A stretch of DNA of 64,000 nucleotides from Candidatus Cloacimonadales bacterium (GCA_963677495.2 CAXXOU010000001.1:352001-416000), one strand, 5' to 3'; counted from the first letter of the stretch, positions 10,561 to 21,195 are shown. Translations and numbers: made by a program. The notes: generated from the letters alone by a model not told the origin.

Positions 10561-10901
10561 TGAAAAATGCTAACTTAACCGATCAAGAGTGATCGGTTTA
10601 CATGTAGAACGATCCACAATGAACTGATTTAACATGAAGCTCAATCACTCCGGTGACATCAAATCAAAAAACACTCTTTCCAATTAAAACCTTATCCTGT
10701 CTCAACCTCTACACCCTCACACTCCTCTGCCACAATAATCAATCTTTAACCATCTCAATCTTCTCAAAATCGAGTCTAAATCCTGTTAAGCAATAACAAC
10801 ATCTTAATAGGGTTTCAACAGGAGTCTCTTTCGTGAGTGTTAATAATTGTGGCAGTGCAATGATAGGAATCTGAGTTTGATTTGACTGCGTAAGCTGTCA
10901 C

Positions 10902-10990
10902 CATAGCGACCAAAGGGAGTTGGGTGAATATCGATATGGGACAAGATTTCATCACTATAAGTCCAACTCGTGAACTCGCTATGACTCCAA
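10902..10990. repeat. dispersed palindromic element related to 31660-31752
   Basis: catagcgaccaaagggagttgg and gtccaactcgtgaactcgctatgactcca match the reverse complement of the 31660 element. Confidence 0.8.
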
Positions 10991-11241
10991 TGATGAGGAA
11001 TCATGCTTTTCGTGGTTATATCCTTAACCTGATAAACGTGATAAGACAAACCGAGATAGTCAGTTAAATCCGTACTCTTGAACTTCCCTTCTAAAGAGGG
11101 GGCATTGAAGGTTCTTTCTTCGATTTACAACCATTCACAAGGTCTAAGGACCATTGCGAAGGTTTTGGTTTCGAGATAAGATGCATTAATACCATAACTT
11201 CTTTACTAATCTACAATAAATAAATTGACCACTACCACGTC

Positions 11242-11280
11242 TTAACACAGAATTAACTATATCTTAATTGTCAATTAACA
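11242..11280 (+). promoter_or_regulatory. Pho-box-like array (4 x TTAAYN at an exact 11-bp period)
   Basis: TTAACA 11242, TTAACT 11253, TTAATT 11264, TTAACA 11275; ends 50 bp upstream of an OmpR/PhoB regulator. Confidence 0.65.
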
Positions 11281-11329
11281 GCCGTTCAGTATTTTTAACT
11301 GAAAAGACTAAAACAAAGCGGTAAGGAAC

Positions 11330-12025
11330 ATGGAAAACAAAAAACTTATTTTTATTGTTGAAGATGAAGAAGATATCAGAGAATTGATATCTTTGCATTT
11401 ACAGGATGCCGGATTCCAAACGGAGGGTTTTGAAACCGGAAAAGAGATGTTTGAAAGATTAGAAGATGATATCCCTGACCTTTTAATGTTGGATCTTATG
11501 CTTCCTGATATGGATGGTATGGATATCTGTCGTCACATTCGTCAATCAGGTAAATATGAGCAGTTACCAATGATCATGCTTACAGCCAGAACAGATATTA
11601 CTGACAAGGTGATGGGTCTTGAATTTGGGGCTGATGATTATCTGACAAAGCCATTCTCTCATAAAGAGTTACTTGCAAGAATCAAAGCTATTCTCAGAAG
11701 AACTAAGCATGTACCCAAAAAGAGTATCTCTGATGATATCCTCAAAATGGATAAGAATCGTTTTGAAGTATTCGTTTATGGCGAGAAAATCGAACTTACA
11801 ACTACTGAGTTTAAGATATTAGAACTCCTATTATCAAGACCGGGATGGGTATTCTCAAGAGAGAAGATTTTAGATTTCCTTTGGGGAACAGACAAGATAG
11901 TTATCGATAGAACTGTAGACGTTCATATACGTCACCTTAGACAGAAATTAGGTGAGTTAAGCAAAAACATTAAGAATGTTAGAGGAATTGGTTACAAATA
12001 TGACTCTGAGAAAGCTGTCGATTAG
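11330..12025 (+). CDS. phoB: OmpR/PhoB-family response regulator (PhoB/PhoP-like)
   Basis: VEDE, LDLMLPDMDG, GADDYLTKPFS, DRTVDVHIRHLRQKL. Confidence 0.85.
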   Translation: MENKKLIFIVEDEEDIRELISLHLQDAGFQTEGFETGKEMFERLEDDIPDLLMLDLMLPDMDGMDICRHIRQSGKYEQLPMIMLTARTDITDKVMGLEFGADDYLTKPFSHKELLARIKAILRRTKHVPKKSISDDILKMDKNRFEVFVYGEKIELTTTEFKILELLLSRPGWVFSREKILDFLWGTDKIVIDRTVDVHIRHLRQKLGELSKNIKNVRGIGYKYDSEKAVD

Positions 12026-13718
12026 AAATAAGATATTCATAAGTTATCTCTCAATAGCACTGGTTTTATCAGTGCTTGTTGTAATCATAGGTAGTAACAT
12101 CCTCAATAGCAACTATGTAGAGATTCTTACTGAAGAGTTGAATGAGCAGAATAAGCAGATTGAGAAGGTAATTCTCACTAATAGAAATGACATTAAAACT
12201 GAGCTACAGAATATCTCCGATGTACTGTCAAAGCGTATTACTGTAATCGATAAAGATGGTGTTGTTACATTTGATTCATTTGCTGATGTAGAGAAGCTTG
12301 ATAATCATATTGATAGACCGGAAGTTCAACAATCTATGAACTCTGATTATGGTATCTCAATACGTTTTAGTGATTCTGTTGGCTTCAATATGCTTTATCT
12401 TTCAAGACGTATAAATCATCCTATCGGTAAGTACCTAAGAATAAGTGTTCCGTTACGCGACCTTGATTCTATCAAGCATAACTTCCAGATGGGTATTCTT
12501 GAAACACTAACTATTATCTTCCTTTTGATATTGGTTCTTTCATATATCCTTTCAAGCCGCTTCTATAAACCTTTGAAAGAACTTACTGATGCTTCTGATA
12601 AAGTTGCAAAAGGTGATATGAATGTTGAAGTTCATTTCTTAACAGGTGACGAATTCGAGACTGTCGGGAATAGCTTCAATAAGATGATAAATGAGGTGAA
12701 GAGTAATGTCTACTCTATTGAGCAGCAGAAAGCTGAATTAAGTGGCATTATTAGCTCTTTATCGGAATGTTTGTGGGTTATCAATAAGACAGGAAACATT
12801 GTTATTAGCAATCCATCTTGTCAGAGAGTGTTAAACCTATCTACTCAGTCTTCAGAAGGTTATTGGCATCAGATTAAAGATGCAACTATTCTTGATATGA
12901 TTGGTGAGACCCTAAATAGAAAGACAAATATCATTAAACCTATCACTTTAGGTGATCATGACTATATTTTCAGTTCCTCATATTTAGCTAAGTATGAAAG
13001 AGCTATCTTCATTATGCAGGATGTATCTGAGATTAAGCAAGTAGAAAGAATGAAACAGGATTTCATTGTAAATATGGCTCATGAGCTCAGAACTCCGATT
13101 ACTGCAATCAAGGGTTTTGCTGAGATGCTTGAATCTTCTGTTCCGGAAGAGAAGAGAAGATTCCTTAAGATTATTAGAAACCACTCAGATAGATTAGCTA
13201 ATCTTGTAGAAGATATTCAAGTGCTGATTAACCTTGAACAGATGGGAAAACTCAACCTTGAAAACGTAAAGCTTAAGAAGTTTGCAGAAAACATCAAACA
13301 GCTTTATGAACACAAGACATCTAAATCTAATGTAGAGCTGATTGTCGAGGTTGAAGAGCCTATATCTGATTTCTATGCTGACATCTATAAGTTAGACCAG
13401 ATATTCATTAATCTTATTGATAACGCAATGAGATATACAACTGAAGGGCATATCAAGTTATCTATCAGCAAAGATGATACAGGCGTTGAGTTCAAAGTTG
13501 AAGATACTGGTTGTGGCATTGAGTCAAAACATCTGGAAAGACTGTTTGAGCGCTTCTATGTTGCTGATAAAGCCAGAAGCCGTAAGATGGGCGGAACCGG
13601 ACTTGGTCTCGCTATTGTTAAGCATATTGTGATGTTGCATAACGGTACAGTTAATGTGAATAGTACTGTAGGCAAAGGAACTACATTTACAATAAAACTG
13701 CCTTTTAATCTGAAATGA
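12000..13718 (+). CDS. phoR: PhoR-like sensor histidine kinase (HAMP, PAS-like, HisKA, HATPase)
   Basis: NHIDRPEV, DFIVNMAHELRTPIT, NLIDNA, FERFYVADKARSRKMGGTGLGL; likely start at 12000. Confidence 0.85.
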   Translation: MTLRKLSIRNKIFISYLSIALVLSVLVVIIGSNILNSNYVEILTEELNEQNKQIEKVILTNRNDIKTELQNISDVLSKRITVIDKDGVVTFDSFADVEKLDNHIDRPEVQQSMNSDYGISIRFSDSVGFNMLYLSRRINHPIGKYLRISVPLRDLDSIKHNFQMGILETLTIIFLLILVLSYILSSRFYKPLKELTDASDKVAKGDMNVEVHFLTGDEFETVGNSFNKMINEVKSNVYSIEQQKAELSGIISSLSECLWVINKTGNIVISNPSCQRVLNLSTQSSEGYWHQIKDATILDMIGETLNRKTNIIKPITLGDHDYIFSSSYLAKYERAIFIMQDVSEIKQVERMKQDFIVNMAHELRTPITAIKGFAEMLESSVPEEKRRFLKIIRNHSDRLANLVEDIQVLINLEQMGKLNLENVKLKKFAENIKQLYEHKTSKSNVELIVEVEEPISDFYADIYKLDQIFINLIDNAMRYTTEGHIKLSISKDDTGVEFKVEDTGCGIESKHLERLFERFYVADKARSRKMGGTGLGLAIVKHIVMLHNGTVNVNSTVGKGTTFTIKLPFNLK

Positions 13719-14215
13719 GTTCTGAGAAGTTAATAACTAACTACTTACCATTAGTAAGAAAGATTGCGTCGCAGTATAAGGACTATGGAATGCCTTATGA
13801 AGATTTAGTTCAAGAGGGGCTCATAGGACTTATTGAAGCTGAGAGTTCTTATCGCGAAGAGGAGAACACAGCATTCGGAGTATACGCAACTTTTTGGATA
13901 AAGAAATATATTTTAGCTGCGTTGGACAAGGAAACAAACACCTCATTCAACGCAGTTGAAATACATGACAACTACTCTAAACAAGACGATTCTCATATCG
14001 TCGATGTGGAAGAACCAGGTCCCAACCCGGATGATATCTTTCCTCCTGATTTCCCGATACTTGAGAAACAAGTTCTTGTTGCATCTTATTTCCATTCAAG
14101 AACCTTGCAGGATATAGCTGAGCAATTAGGTTTTACTCGTGAAAAGGTTCGTCAGATAAAAACAAAAGCTCTCAGACGAGTGAGAGCTTTGAATCTTGTT
14201 TTACCGAAGGATTAA
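13715..14215 (+). CDS. small sigma-70 family RNA polymerase sigma factor (regions 2 and 4 only)
   Basis: LVRKIASQY..EDLVQEGLIGLIEA..FGVYATFWI and TLQDIAEQLGFTREKVRQI; ATGA overlap with phoR. Confidence 0.85.
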   Translation: MSSEKLITNYLPLVRKIASQYKDYGMPYEDLVQEGLIGLIEAESSYREEENTAFGVYATFWIKKYILAALDKETNTSFNAVEIHDNYSKQDDSHIVDVEEPGPNPDDIFPPDFPILEKQVLVASYFHSRTLQDIAEQLGFTREKVRQIKTKALRRVRALNLVLPKD

Positions 14216-14321
14216 TTCACGAAGAAAGCTCTTACCTTAATATCAACTGCATAGGTCTAACTCCATTTCTTATTTGTAAAGTCATATTTTATAATTAGTT
14301 TATTCTCAAATGGAGGTTAGA

Positions 14322-14672
14322 ATGAAGACTATAATACTAGTAATTTTATCGTTAATAATCGCTGTAGGAGCATTGGCTCATCCGGCATCAGAAGTAACTG
14401 CAACTTATGATACAGAGACCAAAATACTTAAAGTAGAGTATCAACATGAAGTGGATAAACCTGATAAACACTTTATCTATGAGGTGGTAGTAAAAATCAA
14501 TAAGAAAGAGTTAATCAAACAAAAACTTAATCTACAAGATAACGAAGAGATGGGCTCATTAATTTACAAAATAAATCAAGCTAAAGTTGGAGATTCAGTT
14601 GAAGTAATTACTAAATGTAACAAGTCAGGTAAAGAAACTTACAAGTTTAAAATAGCAGAGTCAAAAGAATGA
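14322..14672 (+). CDS. exported putative metal-binding protein (mature N-terminal His)
   Basis: signal peptide ending ALA-HPAS, an H-x7-H motif and a C-terminal Cys; loosely desulfoferrodoxin-like. Confidence 0.55.
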   Translation: MKTIILVILSLIIAVGALAHPASEVTATYDTETKILKVEYQHEVDKPDKHFIYEVVVKINKKELIKQKLNLQDNEEMGSLIYKINQAKVGDSVEVITKCNKSGKETYKFKIAESKE

Positions 14673-15424
14673 AGCTTTCGATAATAGTCTTACTCGTAAT
14701 ATCTTCAGCTCTTTTATATGGCTATCAACAAGAGTTCTTGAACCTTACTTCTGTATCAGAACTACAGGATAAAGAATCAGAGTTTACCATCTCACATAGA
14801 TTCCTAGGAAGTGTCGAAGATGAGCCCTTGGATACTTTCTTTGGAATGGATATAGGAGCGAACGTCGGGATAGCATATAGGTACTCAGTTTATCAACTGT
14901 TCGAAGCTAAAGCTGAATATAGCTCCGGGAAGAAAGAGTATAGTGTAGGTGTAAGTAGACAGATTCTACTTTTTGAAGACTATATTAAAGGTCAAATCAA
15001 TGTGGATTACTTTTCCTTTAAAGAGGTAAGCATAGAAGACAGACGTAACAACTTCTATTACCAAATCGCACTACAAAGTACTCCTATCTTTGATCGGATT
15101 ATGTTGAACCTAAACGCTGGCTTTGATGGTTACTATGAGAGACTCACCTCCGGGATTGGACTCGGAGTCAAAGTTTTGGATAATCTCACTATCTTAACAG
15201 AATACTTCCCAACTTTGGATAGAGACAGTGCAGATGAGAGAATTGCTAAATATTTAGGTGAAGATGATTCGTTTGCTATTGGAGTAAAGCTAGACACTTA
15301 TGGGCATCAGTTCATCTTCCAATTGAGCAATTCAGATGCATTGAATTCAAGAAGAGCATCCTTAGGGACAAATGACGGATCTGACCTTAAGTTTGGGTTT
15401 AAATTACAAAGGAGGTTTCAATGA
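14669..15424 (+). CDS. DUF5777-like outer-membrane beta-barrel
   Basis: signal peptide, FTISHRF, FFGMD, DTYGHQFIFQLSNS, FGFKLQRRF C-terminus. Confidence 0.75.
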   Translation: MKLSIIVLLVISSALLYGYQQEFLNLTSVSELQDKESEFTISHRFLGSVEDEPLDTFFGMDIGANVGIAYRYSVYQLFEAKAEYSSGKKEYSVGVSRQILLFEDYIKGQINVDYFSFKEVSIEDRRNNFYYQIALQSTPIFDRIMLNLNAGFDGYYERLTSGIGLGVKVLDNLTILTEYFPTLDRDSADERIAKYLGEDDSFAIGVKLDTYGHQFIFQLSNSDALNSRRASLGTNDGSDLKFGFKLQRRFQ

Positions 15425-15969
15425 AGCATCTCCTGTTTATTCTAGTAATTTCGCTACTACTCTTAGGGTGTAACACAGTATGGGACGAAACAGGTCCTAA
15501 GATTAATGATGACCTTGATGGAGATGGTTACTACACCTTAACAACAAATGGATACACTCTAAAATATAAAATTGTATCCGAATACTTAGATTGCAAATTT
15601 ACAGGCGAAACAACCGGATGGGTAGCTGTTGGATTTAATCCTTCCGATCGGATGAAAGATGCAAATTTCATTATCGGATACTATAATACTTCAGGTGGAA
15701 TGATTAGAGACGACTATGGTGATTCACCATACAGCCACACTTCTGATATTGATTTAGGGGGTACTAATGATGTATCTCTAATTGATTCCTATGAGGATTC
15801 CGGACGTACAACTATTATTTTTCAGTTACCCTTAGATTCGGGTGATTCAAAAGACAGGATTCTAGAAGTTGGGTCAACATATCCGGTTATCTTTGCAACC
15901 GGGGATGATGACAATTTTACCACAATACACAACAATTACGGAGCAGGTTCTATCCTGCTTAGACAATAA
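15421..15969 (+). CDS. DOMON-domain lipoprotein
   Basis: LLGC lipobox, TGWVAVGF, MKDANFIIG, terminal His. Confidence 0.85.
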   Translation: MKHLLFILVISLLLLGCNTVWDETGPKINDDLDGDGYYTLTTNGYTLKYKIVSEYLDCKFTGETTGWVAVGFNPSDRMKDANFIIGYYNTSGGMIRDDYGDSPYSHTSDIDLGGTNDVSLIDSYEDSGRTTIIFQLPLDSGDSKDRILEVGSTYPVIFATGDDDNFTTIHNNYGAGSILLRQ

Positions 15970-15979
15970 GGAGAACACA

Positions 15980-16801
15980 ATGAAACATATATTTATATTT
16001 TTAATACTTATCATGAGCTCAATGCTTTTGCTAGCTGAAACACCTTACCAAACTGTATCAGGAGCAGGAGTTACATTCCATTACAGAGTCTCAGATGACA
16101 GTATGTATCTTGATGGAATCATGGTAGCCAACACAACCGGGTGGGTAGCTGTTGGTTTTAATCCTACAAATCAGATGGCAAATGCTGATATTATTATTGG
16201 ATATCATGAAAATGACATGACTATGATTCGTGATGACTGGGGAACATCAGCTACGTCTCATGCTTCAGATGAGAGTCTTGGTGGTACATCTAATGTAATG
16301 AATTACAGCTCTTTTGAAGAAGAAGGAAACACTGAAATCCATTTCATGATACCATTGAACTCGGGAGATGATAAAGACCATATAATGGAGATTGGCATGA
16401 CTTATCCTATTATTCTAGCTCGTGGTCAGAATGGAGCAGATAACTTCGGTGCTTACCATGCAGCAGCCGGTTTTAGTTCAATCAATCTAGTTGAGCCTAC
16501 TTCTAGTAATGAAGTTATTCAACCTGTAATTGCTCCACTAGCATTGAATAATTACCCAAATCCATTCAATCCTACAACAACCTTCAAAGTCGCAGTTAAT
16601 GAAGAACTGAATGCTTCTTTGACTGTTTATGATATTCGAGGAAAGAAAATCAAGAATTTCGGTGAATTTGCTTTAGGCAATCATGAAGTAATATGGGATG
16701 GAAGAGATAACAGTAATAATCCTGTTTCTTCCGGTATATATTTCTCAGTTTTAAAAGGGAAAAACACCAAACTTACTAGAAAGATTAACCTCATTAAATA
16801 A
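15980..16801 (+). CDS. secreted DOMON-domain protein with FlgD-Ig/T9SS-type C-terminal sorting domain
   Basis: start MKHIF at 15980 (GGAG RBS); TGWVAVGF, MANADIIIG, YH; NYPNPFNP..WDG..SGIYF. Confidence 0.85.
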   Translation: MKHIFIFLILIMSSMLLLAETPYQTVSGAGVTFHYRVSDDSMYLDGIMVANTTGWVAVGFNPTNQMANADIIIGYHENDMTMIRDDWGTSATSHASDESLGGTSNVMNYSSFEEEGNTEIHFMIPLNSGDDKDHIMEIGMTYPIILARGQNGADNFGAYHAAAGFSSINLVEPTSSNEVIQPVIAPLALNNYPNPFNPTTTFKVAVNEELNASLTVYDIRGKKIKNFGEFALGNHEVIWDGRDNSNNPVSSGIYFSVLKGKNTKLTRKINLIK

Positions 16802-16810
16802 ACTAAAAGC

Positions 16811-16843
16811 AAAAGAGGTTCTCGTATTCCGAGAACCTCTTTT
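16811..16843. terminator. bidirectional terminator
   Basis: aaaagaggttctcg-tattc-cgagaacctctttt between convergent genes. Confidence 0.85.
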
Positions 16844-16857
16844 CTATATTCGAATTC

Positions 16858-19161
16858 TTATTTTATCAATACTGCTTTATTAGTATCCACTGTTCTGCCA
16901 TTCACTACAAGTTTATAGAAATAAACACCACTTGCTGAGTTATCAGCATTCCAAGTAAGTGTACCACTATTAATCTGTTCTCTGCTAAGAGGGAACTTTT
17001 CAATTCTCTGACCGAGGATATTGTATATCTCGATTGCTACAGTTTCTGTACCTTTCTTAACAACATCAAACTTGATAGTTGTAACAGGGTTGAATGGGTT
17101 AGGGAAGTTTCTATGTAATTTATTAGCCAAAGTGTGTAACTGGATATCTTCATCGTTACCAACAAAGCTACTTGTACCACTATAGAGCTTGATATTATCA
17201 AGTGTCCAACCTTCATCAACAAGTCTGTCATCACCTGATACATCAGTGAGTGTGAAGTTCAAGTAAACTGTTTCACCTGCATAGTCAGAAAGATCTACAA
17301 GCTTACGGTGCCATGTATCATTCTTTCCTGATTCAGTTGATACTACTGTAAAGTCAGTTCCATTAGTTGAAACTTCAACTGTTACAGGGTCATAGTCCCA
17401 TTCTGTGTAAACTTTTTGCATAAACTCAAGCATTATATTTGCATCAGCAGGTAAAGTGATAGAATTAGCTGTTGTTAAAGCTAAAGCCTGGTTTGCAGGA
17501 TAGAAGTTATAGCCACCATCCCAGGATGTAGTGATTGATGTTGTGTCATAAACATAAGAGGTTTCATCAATAAGAACCCACTCAGGGTTAACTACCCAGT
17601 TGTCCAATCCACTTTCCCAATCCTCTGAGAAGAGCTCAGTAATCGGTTCAAGCTCAACATTGACTACTTCATCACCTGTAAGGTCTAGCTCAACAACACA
17701 AGGATAATAACCGTCATAAGAGAAGATTAACTTGTAATGTCCTTCATAGTTGTTATAAGAGATGTAACCATTCTCAGATTGTATCATCTCTTTCTTAGGG
17801 CTAACAACTTCCATTTGTGCATTCAAAGGTGCACCATCATAGCTAACGTTAGCTGTAATAGTTATAGGTGTCGCAGGGGTAAGCGCAACGTTCTGAATTG
17901 TCCATGTATTTGGATTTACAGCAATAGCTCCGGTTGCTGGAAGATAGCCTTCTTTTTCAACTCTGTAAGTATAGTTACCGGCAAGGATTGCACGCCAAAA
18001 TCGACCGTAACTATCTGTGGTTCTTGGCTTAAGAAATGGTTCTTCTCTTTCCACAATGTAGATACCGGCATCTTCGATAGGTTCATTTGTAGTTGCATCA
18101 GTAATGATTCCTGTGAAGCAAGAGTTTGATTCTACATCCATATGGAACTGAAGAGCTCTCTTAAGTAACCAAGTCATGCCTTCAACAAGCTCAGTAGTAA
18201 TTTCTGATAATGTTGGTTCAAATGGCTGGTGGTTTAAAGTACCTGCTTCTATTAACAACTGATAAATCTGATATTCAGAATAAAGGTAATCGTGCTGAGA
18301 ACCTTTACGTCCGGCTGATGGATATCTCTCATAAGTAGCTGAGCCATCAACTTTACTAATCTGATCTGCAACACCATCACAAAGATGAGCTGCAATATCA
18401 AGGTCAGGTGATGGACGATAATCATACCAATTATATGAATAGTAGCATTTCTCAGAGAAGTTACCTGAACGTGAAGTATGCCACTGGATTGAGTATAATA
18501 TATTGTGATCTTGTAAGAACTGATCTAAAGCCTGTACTTCAGATTCTGACATTGGAGCTTCACCACGATAATAGTCATAAACCTCATAGCCACCTTCAGC
18601 ATACAAAGTATCACCATGTGCCCAGTTAAATGCAAAGTTACGGTTCAAGTCAACACCATCAATATCATATCCAACCGCAGGATTTATATCTAAGGTACCA
18701 TTATTATTAACGTCTCTTTGGTTCTTACGCCAAGATGTGTCACTTCCGTCCATTACAAGCTCCATTCCTTCAGGATTAAGTGTTGGAATTAACCATAACT
18801 CTTCCTGAGCAATCATCTGCCCATAGTTTTGCTGATGAGTTAAGATCTCTTCTAATAATGCCATAACACCTGAGACACCGAGAATCTCCTCTGCATGTAG
18901 CTGACCGCAGATAAGGATTTCTGGCTCATCTTCATCAACTTCAACGTTATCAGAGATTTTAACAGCATATATAGGCATGTTAGTTTGCTGAGAATATCCA
19001 ATGATCTCAACTTTTACGATATCAGGATAATTAGTTTCTGCATCTTGAAGAGCAGTAATTATCTCATCATTTGTGTAGTAATTCGGATCTAATGAGCTCG
19101 GTTGAGCTATTAGTAGACCTGTTAATAGAATGAGCAAAACAAAAAGAATCGAGTTCTTCAT
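16858..19161 (-). CDS. secreted M14 zinc carboxypeptidase with regulatory-like and jelly-roll domains and a C-terminal sorting domain
   Basis: HAEE, NPEG, WRKN, GVDLNRNF, SESE; C-terminal NFPNPFNP...SGVYF. Confidence 0.88.
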   Translation of the reverse strand: MKNSILFVLLILLTGLLIAQPSSLDPNYYTNDEIITALQDAETNYPDIVKVEIIGYSQQTNMPIYAVKISDNVEVDEDEPEILICGQLHAEEILGVSGVMALLEEILTHQQNYGQMIAQEELWLIPTLNPEGMELVMDGSDTSWRKNQRDVNNNGTLDINPAVGYDIDGVDLNRNFAFNWAHGDTLYAEGGYEVYDYYRGEAPMSESEVQALDQFLQDHNILYSIQWHTSRSGNFSEKCYYSYNWYDYRPSPDLDIAAHLCDGVADQISKVDGSATYERYPSAGRKGSQHDYLYSEYQIYQLLIEAGTLNHQPFEPTLSEITTELVEGMTWLLKRALQFHMDVESNSCFTGIITDATTNEPIEDAGIYIVEREEPFLKPRTTDSYGRFWRAILAGNYTYRVEKEGYLPATGAIAVNPNTWTIQNVALTPATPITITANVSYDGAPLNAQMEVVSPKKEMIQSENGYISYNNYEGHYKLIFSYDGYYPCVVELDLTGDEVVNVELEPITELFSEDWESGLDNWVVNPEWVLIDETSYVYDTTSITTSWDGGYNFYPANQALALTTANSITLPADANIMLEFMQKVYTEWDYDPVTVEVSTNGTDFTVVSTESGKNDTWHRKLVDLSDYAGETVYLNFTLTDVSGDDRLVDEGWTLDNIKLYSGTSSFVGNDEDIQLHTLANKLHRNFPNPFNPVTTIKFDVVKKGTETVAIEIYNILGQRIEKFPLSREQINSGTLTWNADNSASGVYFYKLVVNGRTVDTNKAVLIK

Positions 19162-19236
19162 ATTTATTTCTCCTTAGTTAATTTTCATTTGATTTATAAT
19201 AATGCAAATTAGGTTCCGAAATATCTTCATATGTTA

Positions 19237-19845
19237 CTAAGCTCTAACAAATTCGATATTCTCAGTCATTTTTTGAGTAATTGACTCCAGTTCATGAGTC
19301 ATTGATTCAATTGTTTTGCTATTATCACAGTAGTAAGGCTCGCCAAAGTGTATACGTATTTTCGCAAATGGTTTTGGAAAGCGAAACTTATCCCAAGAAT
19401 TAAAGAGCCACTCCCCTTTCACATCAACTGCAACAGGTATTATAGGTCTTCCACTCTTAGTTGCAAGTAATATTGAACCTTTCTTTATCTTATAAAGTGG
19501 ACCCTTTGGTCCATCCGGTGTTATAGCTACAGGCCCTGTCTTTAGGTAATCAAGCATCTTTCTTAATGCAGAACTTCCACCTCTTGTAGATGAACCTCTA
19601 ATCGGTTTATATCCTAGAACTGAGACCGGACCGGCTATTAGTTCTCCATCTTTAGAAGATGATATCAATACTCCGGCATTCTTTTTAGCATTCACCACAG
19701 TCATTGGTATCTGGTTGCGATGCCAAAACATATAGATGCATGGTTCTTTGTAAGTATCGTTGATAACTTCCTTCCGCCATGTCGCATCAAAAAGCTTTAA
19801 CAATCCTGCTGCCAGATACTTCTCAATTGTCAACAATAGGCTCAA
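19237..19845 (-). CDS. DUF374 / lysophospholipid acyltransferase family protein
   Basis: FWH, ISSSKDGE, IRGSSTRGG, ITPDGPKGP, SWDKFRFPKPF. Confidence 0.88.
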   Translation of the reverse strand: MSLLLTIEKYLAAGLLKLFDATWRKEVINDTYKEPCIYMFWHRNQIPMTVVNAKKNAGVLISSSKDGELIAGPVSVLGYKPIRGSSTRGGSSALRKMLDYLKTGPVAITPDGPKGPLYKIKKGSILLATKSGRPIIPVAVDVKGEWLFNSWDKFRFPKPFAKIRIHFGEPYYCDNSKTIESMTHELESITQKMTENIEFVRA

Positions 19846-20969
19846 TAGAGAATTCCTCTTATCAGTTCACTTGTTTCTTCAGATGCGGATTTCTCTCCAA
19901 CCACTTCATGTAGTTGTTCAAGTTGCTTCTTTTTCTTATCATAGAACTCAGGTTGATTCACATAATCTTGTAGCGTTCTATAGATAGAGAAACCTTTAGC
20001 ACTATCCTGTATCAACTCAGGAACAATTCCCACACCCATTATTAGATTTGGTAATCCAATGTAATCTAGCTTAATAATTCTTCTGCCAACAGAGTATGAT
20101 GTCTGTGAAGTCTTATAAACGATTATGAACGGATTACCAATAAGAGCAGCTTCCAGAGTCGCAGTTCCTGATGTAACACATGAGACATAACTATGTTTCA
20201 TAAGATTGTAATTATCATTGAATATAAGCTTACAGTTCTCAGATTTCTTATCATCGAAGATAGACATATAGTGTTTTCGATCTACAGATGGAGATAACGA
20301 GAATAGATACTGCATGCTATCATCATCAAACACTTTAACTGCATGCAAATATTCAGGCAAAAGCCGTTTCACTTCCATATCTCTGCTTCCTGGGAAGAAA
20401 GCCATCCATTTCTTATCAAGATCCAATCCATGCTTTTCAGCAAACTCCTCCCTACTGAGTGTGATATTTATCTGTTCCATCACCGGATTACCCACATATT
20501 TTGCCTTTACACCCCGATTTTGTAAATATTCCTCTTCAAATGGCAGAATACATGCAACGAAATCACAATAAGTCTTAATCTTCTTCACTCGATTGTGCTT
20601 CCAGGCCCAAACCTGTGGGGATATATAGTAAAACACTTTAATTTTTAACTGATGTGCAATCTTGGCAATACGGAGATTCAAACCCGGGTAATCTACTAGT
20701 ATCACTAAATCAGGCTTGTTCTGCTCCAACCATTTCGCTATGCCTTTCTCAACCTTTTGAAAGAAATTAAGATGTTTTACTACTTCTAAAAAGCCCATAA
20801 CATTGAACTGTTTAAAAGGATACAACTGTTTCAAACCTTGATGTGCCATCCGGTATCCACCAACACCATAATGCTCAAGCTTATCGTCATGTTCATTAAG
20901 CTTCTGCATAACACATGATGCATGAAGATCACCCGATGGTTCACCTGCTAGCCAGAATATCTTTCTCAT
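19842..20969 (-). CDS. lpxB: lipid-A-disaccharide synthase
   Basis: AGEPSGDLH, VDYPGLN, YYISPQVWAW, PGSR, SGTATLE; start MRKIF at 20969. Confidence 0.95.
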   Translation of the reverse strand: MRKIFWLAGEPSGDLHASCVMQKLNEHDDKLEHYGVGGYRMAHQGLKQLYPFKQFNVMGFLEVVKHLNFFQKVEKGIAKWLEQNKPDLVILVDYPGLNLRIAKIAHQLKIKVFYYISPQVWAWKHNRVKKIKTYCDFVACILPFEEEYLQNRGVKAKYVGNPVMEQINITLSREEFAEKHGLDLDKKWMAFFPGSRDMEVKRLLPEYLHAVKVFDDDSMQYLFSLSPSVDRKHYMSIFDDKKSENCKLIFNDNYNLMKHSYVSCVTSGTATLEAALIGNPFIIVYKTSQTSYSVGRRIIKLDYIGLPNLIMGVGIVPELIQDSAKGFSIYRTLQDYVNQPEFYDKKKKQLEQLHEVVGEKSASEETSELIRGILY

Positions 20970-21195
20970 AATACTCCTTATTATTTGTATGGTAATTAAT
21001 CTTCTGGATTTATAAATGACAGTCAAGACAAATTTAGACTTCTATGTAATTCTAAAGCAACTCTGTTATCCTTAGAGAATGACTTATACTCGCCAAACAA
21101 AATGGTTGAGAATCTAACGATTAAGAAGTTAACATGTGGAAATCCAACTATGAAAGCCCAATTTGAGAAGTTGAAGAAGTAACCTTATATCTTAG

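Noticed and set aside
15869..15979. N-terminal extension of the second DOMON ORF (likewise the 33403 queC, 11976 phoR and 21026 lpxB starts)
   Set aside because: Better starts lie downstream, supported by an RBS, a signal peptide or the family N-terminus
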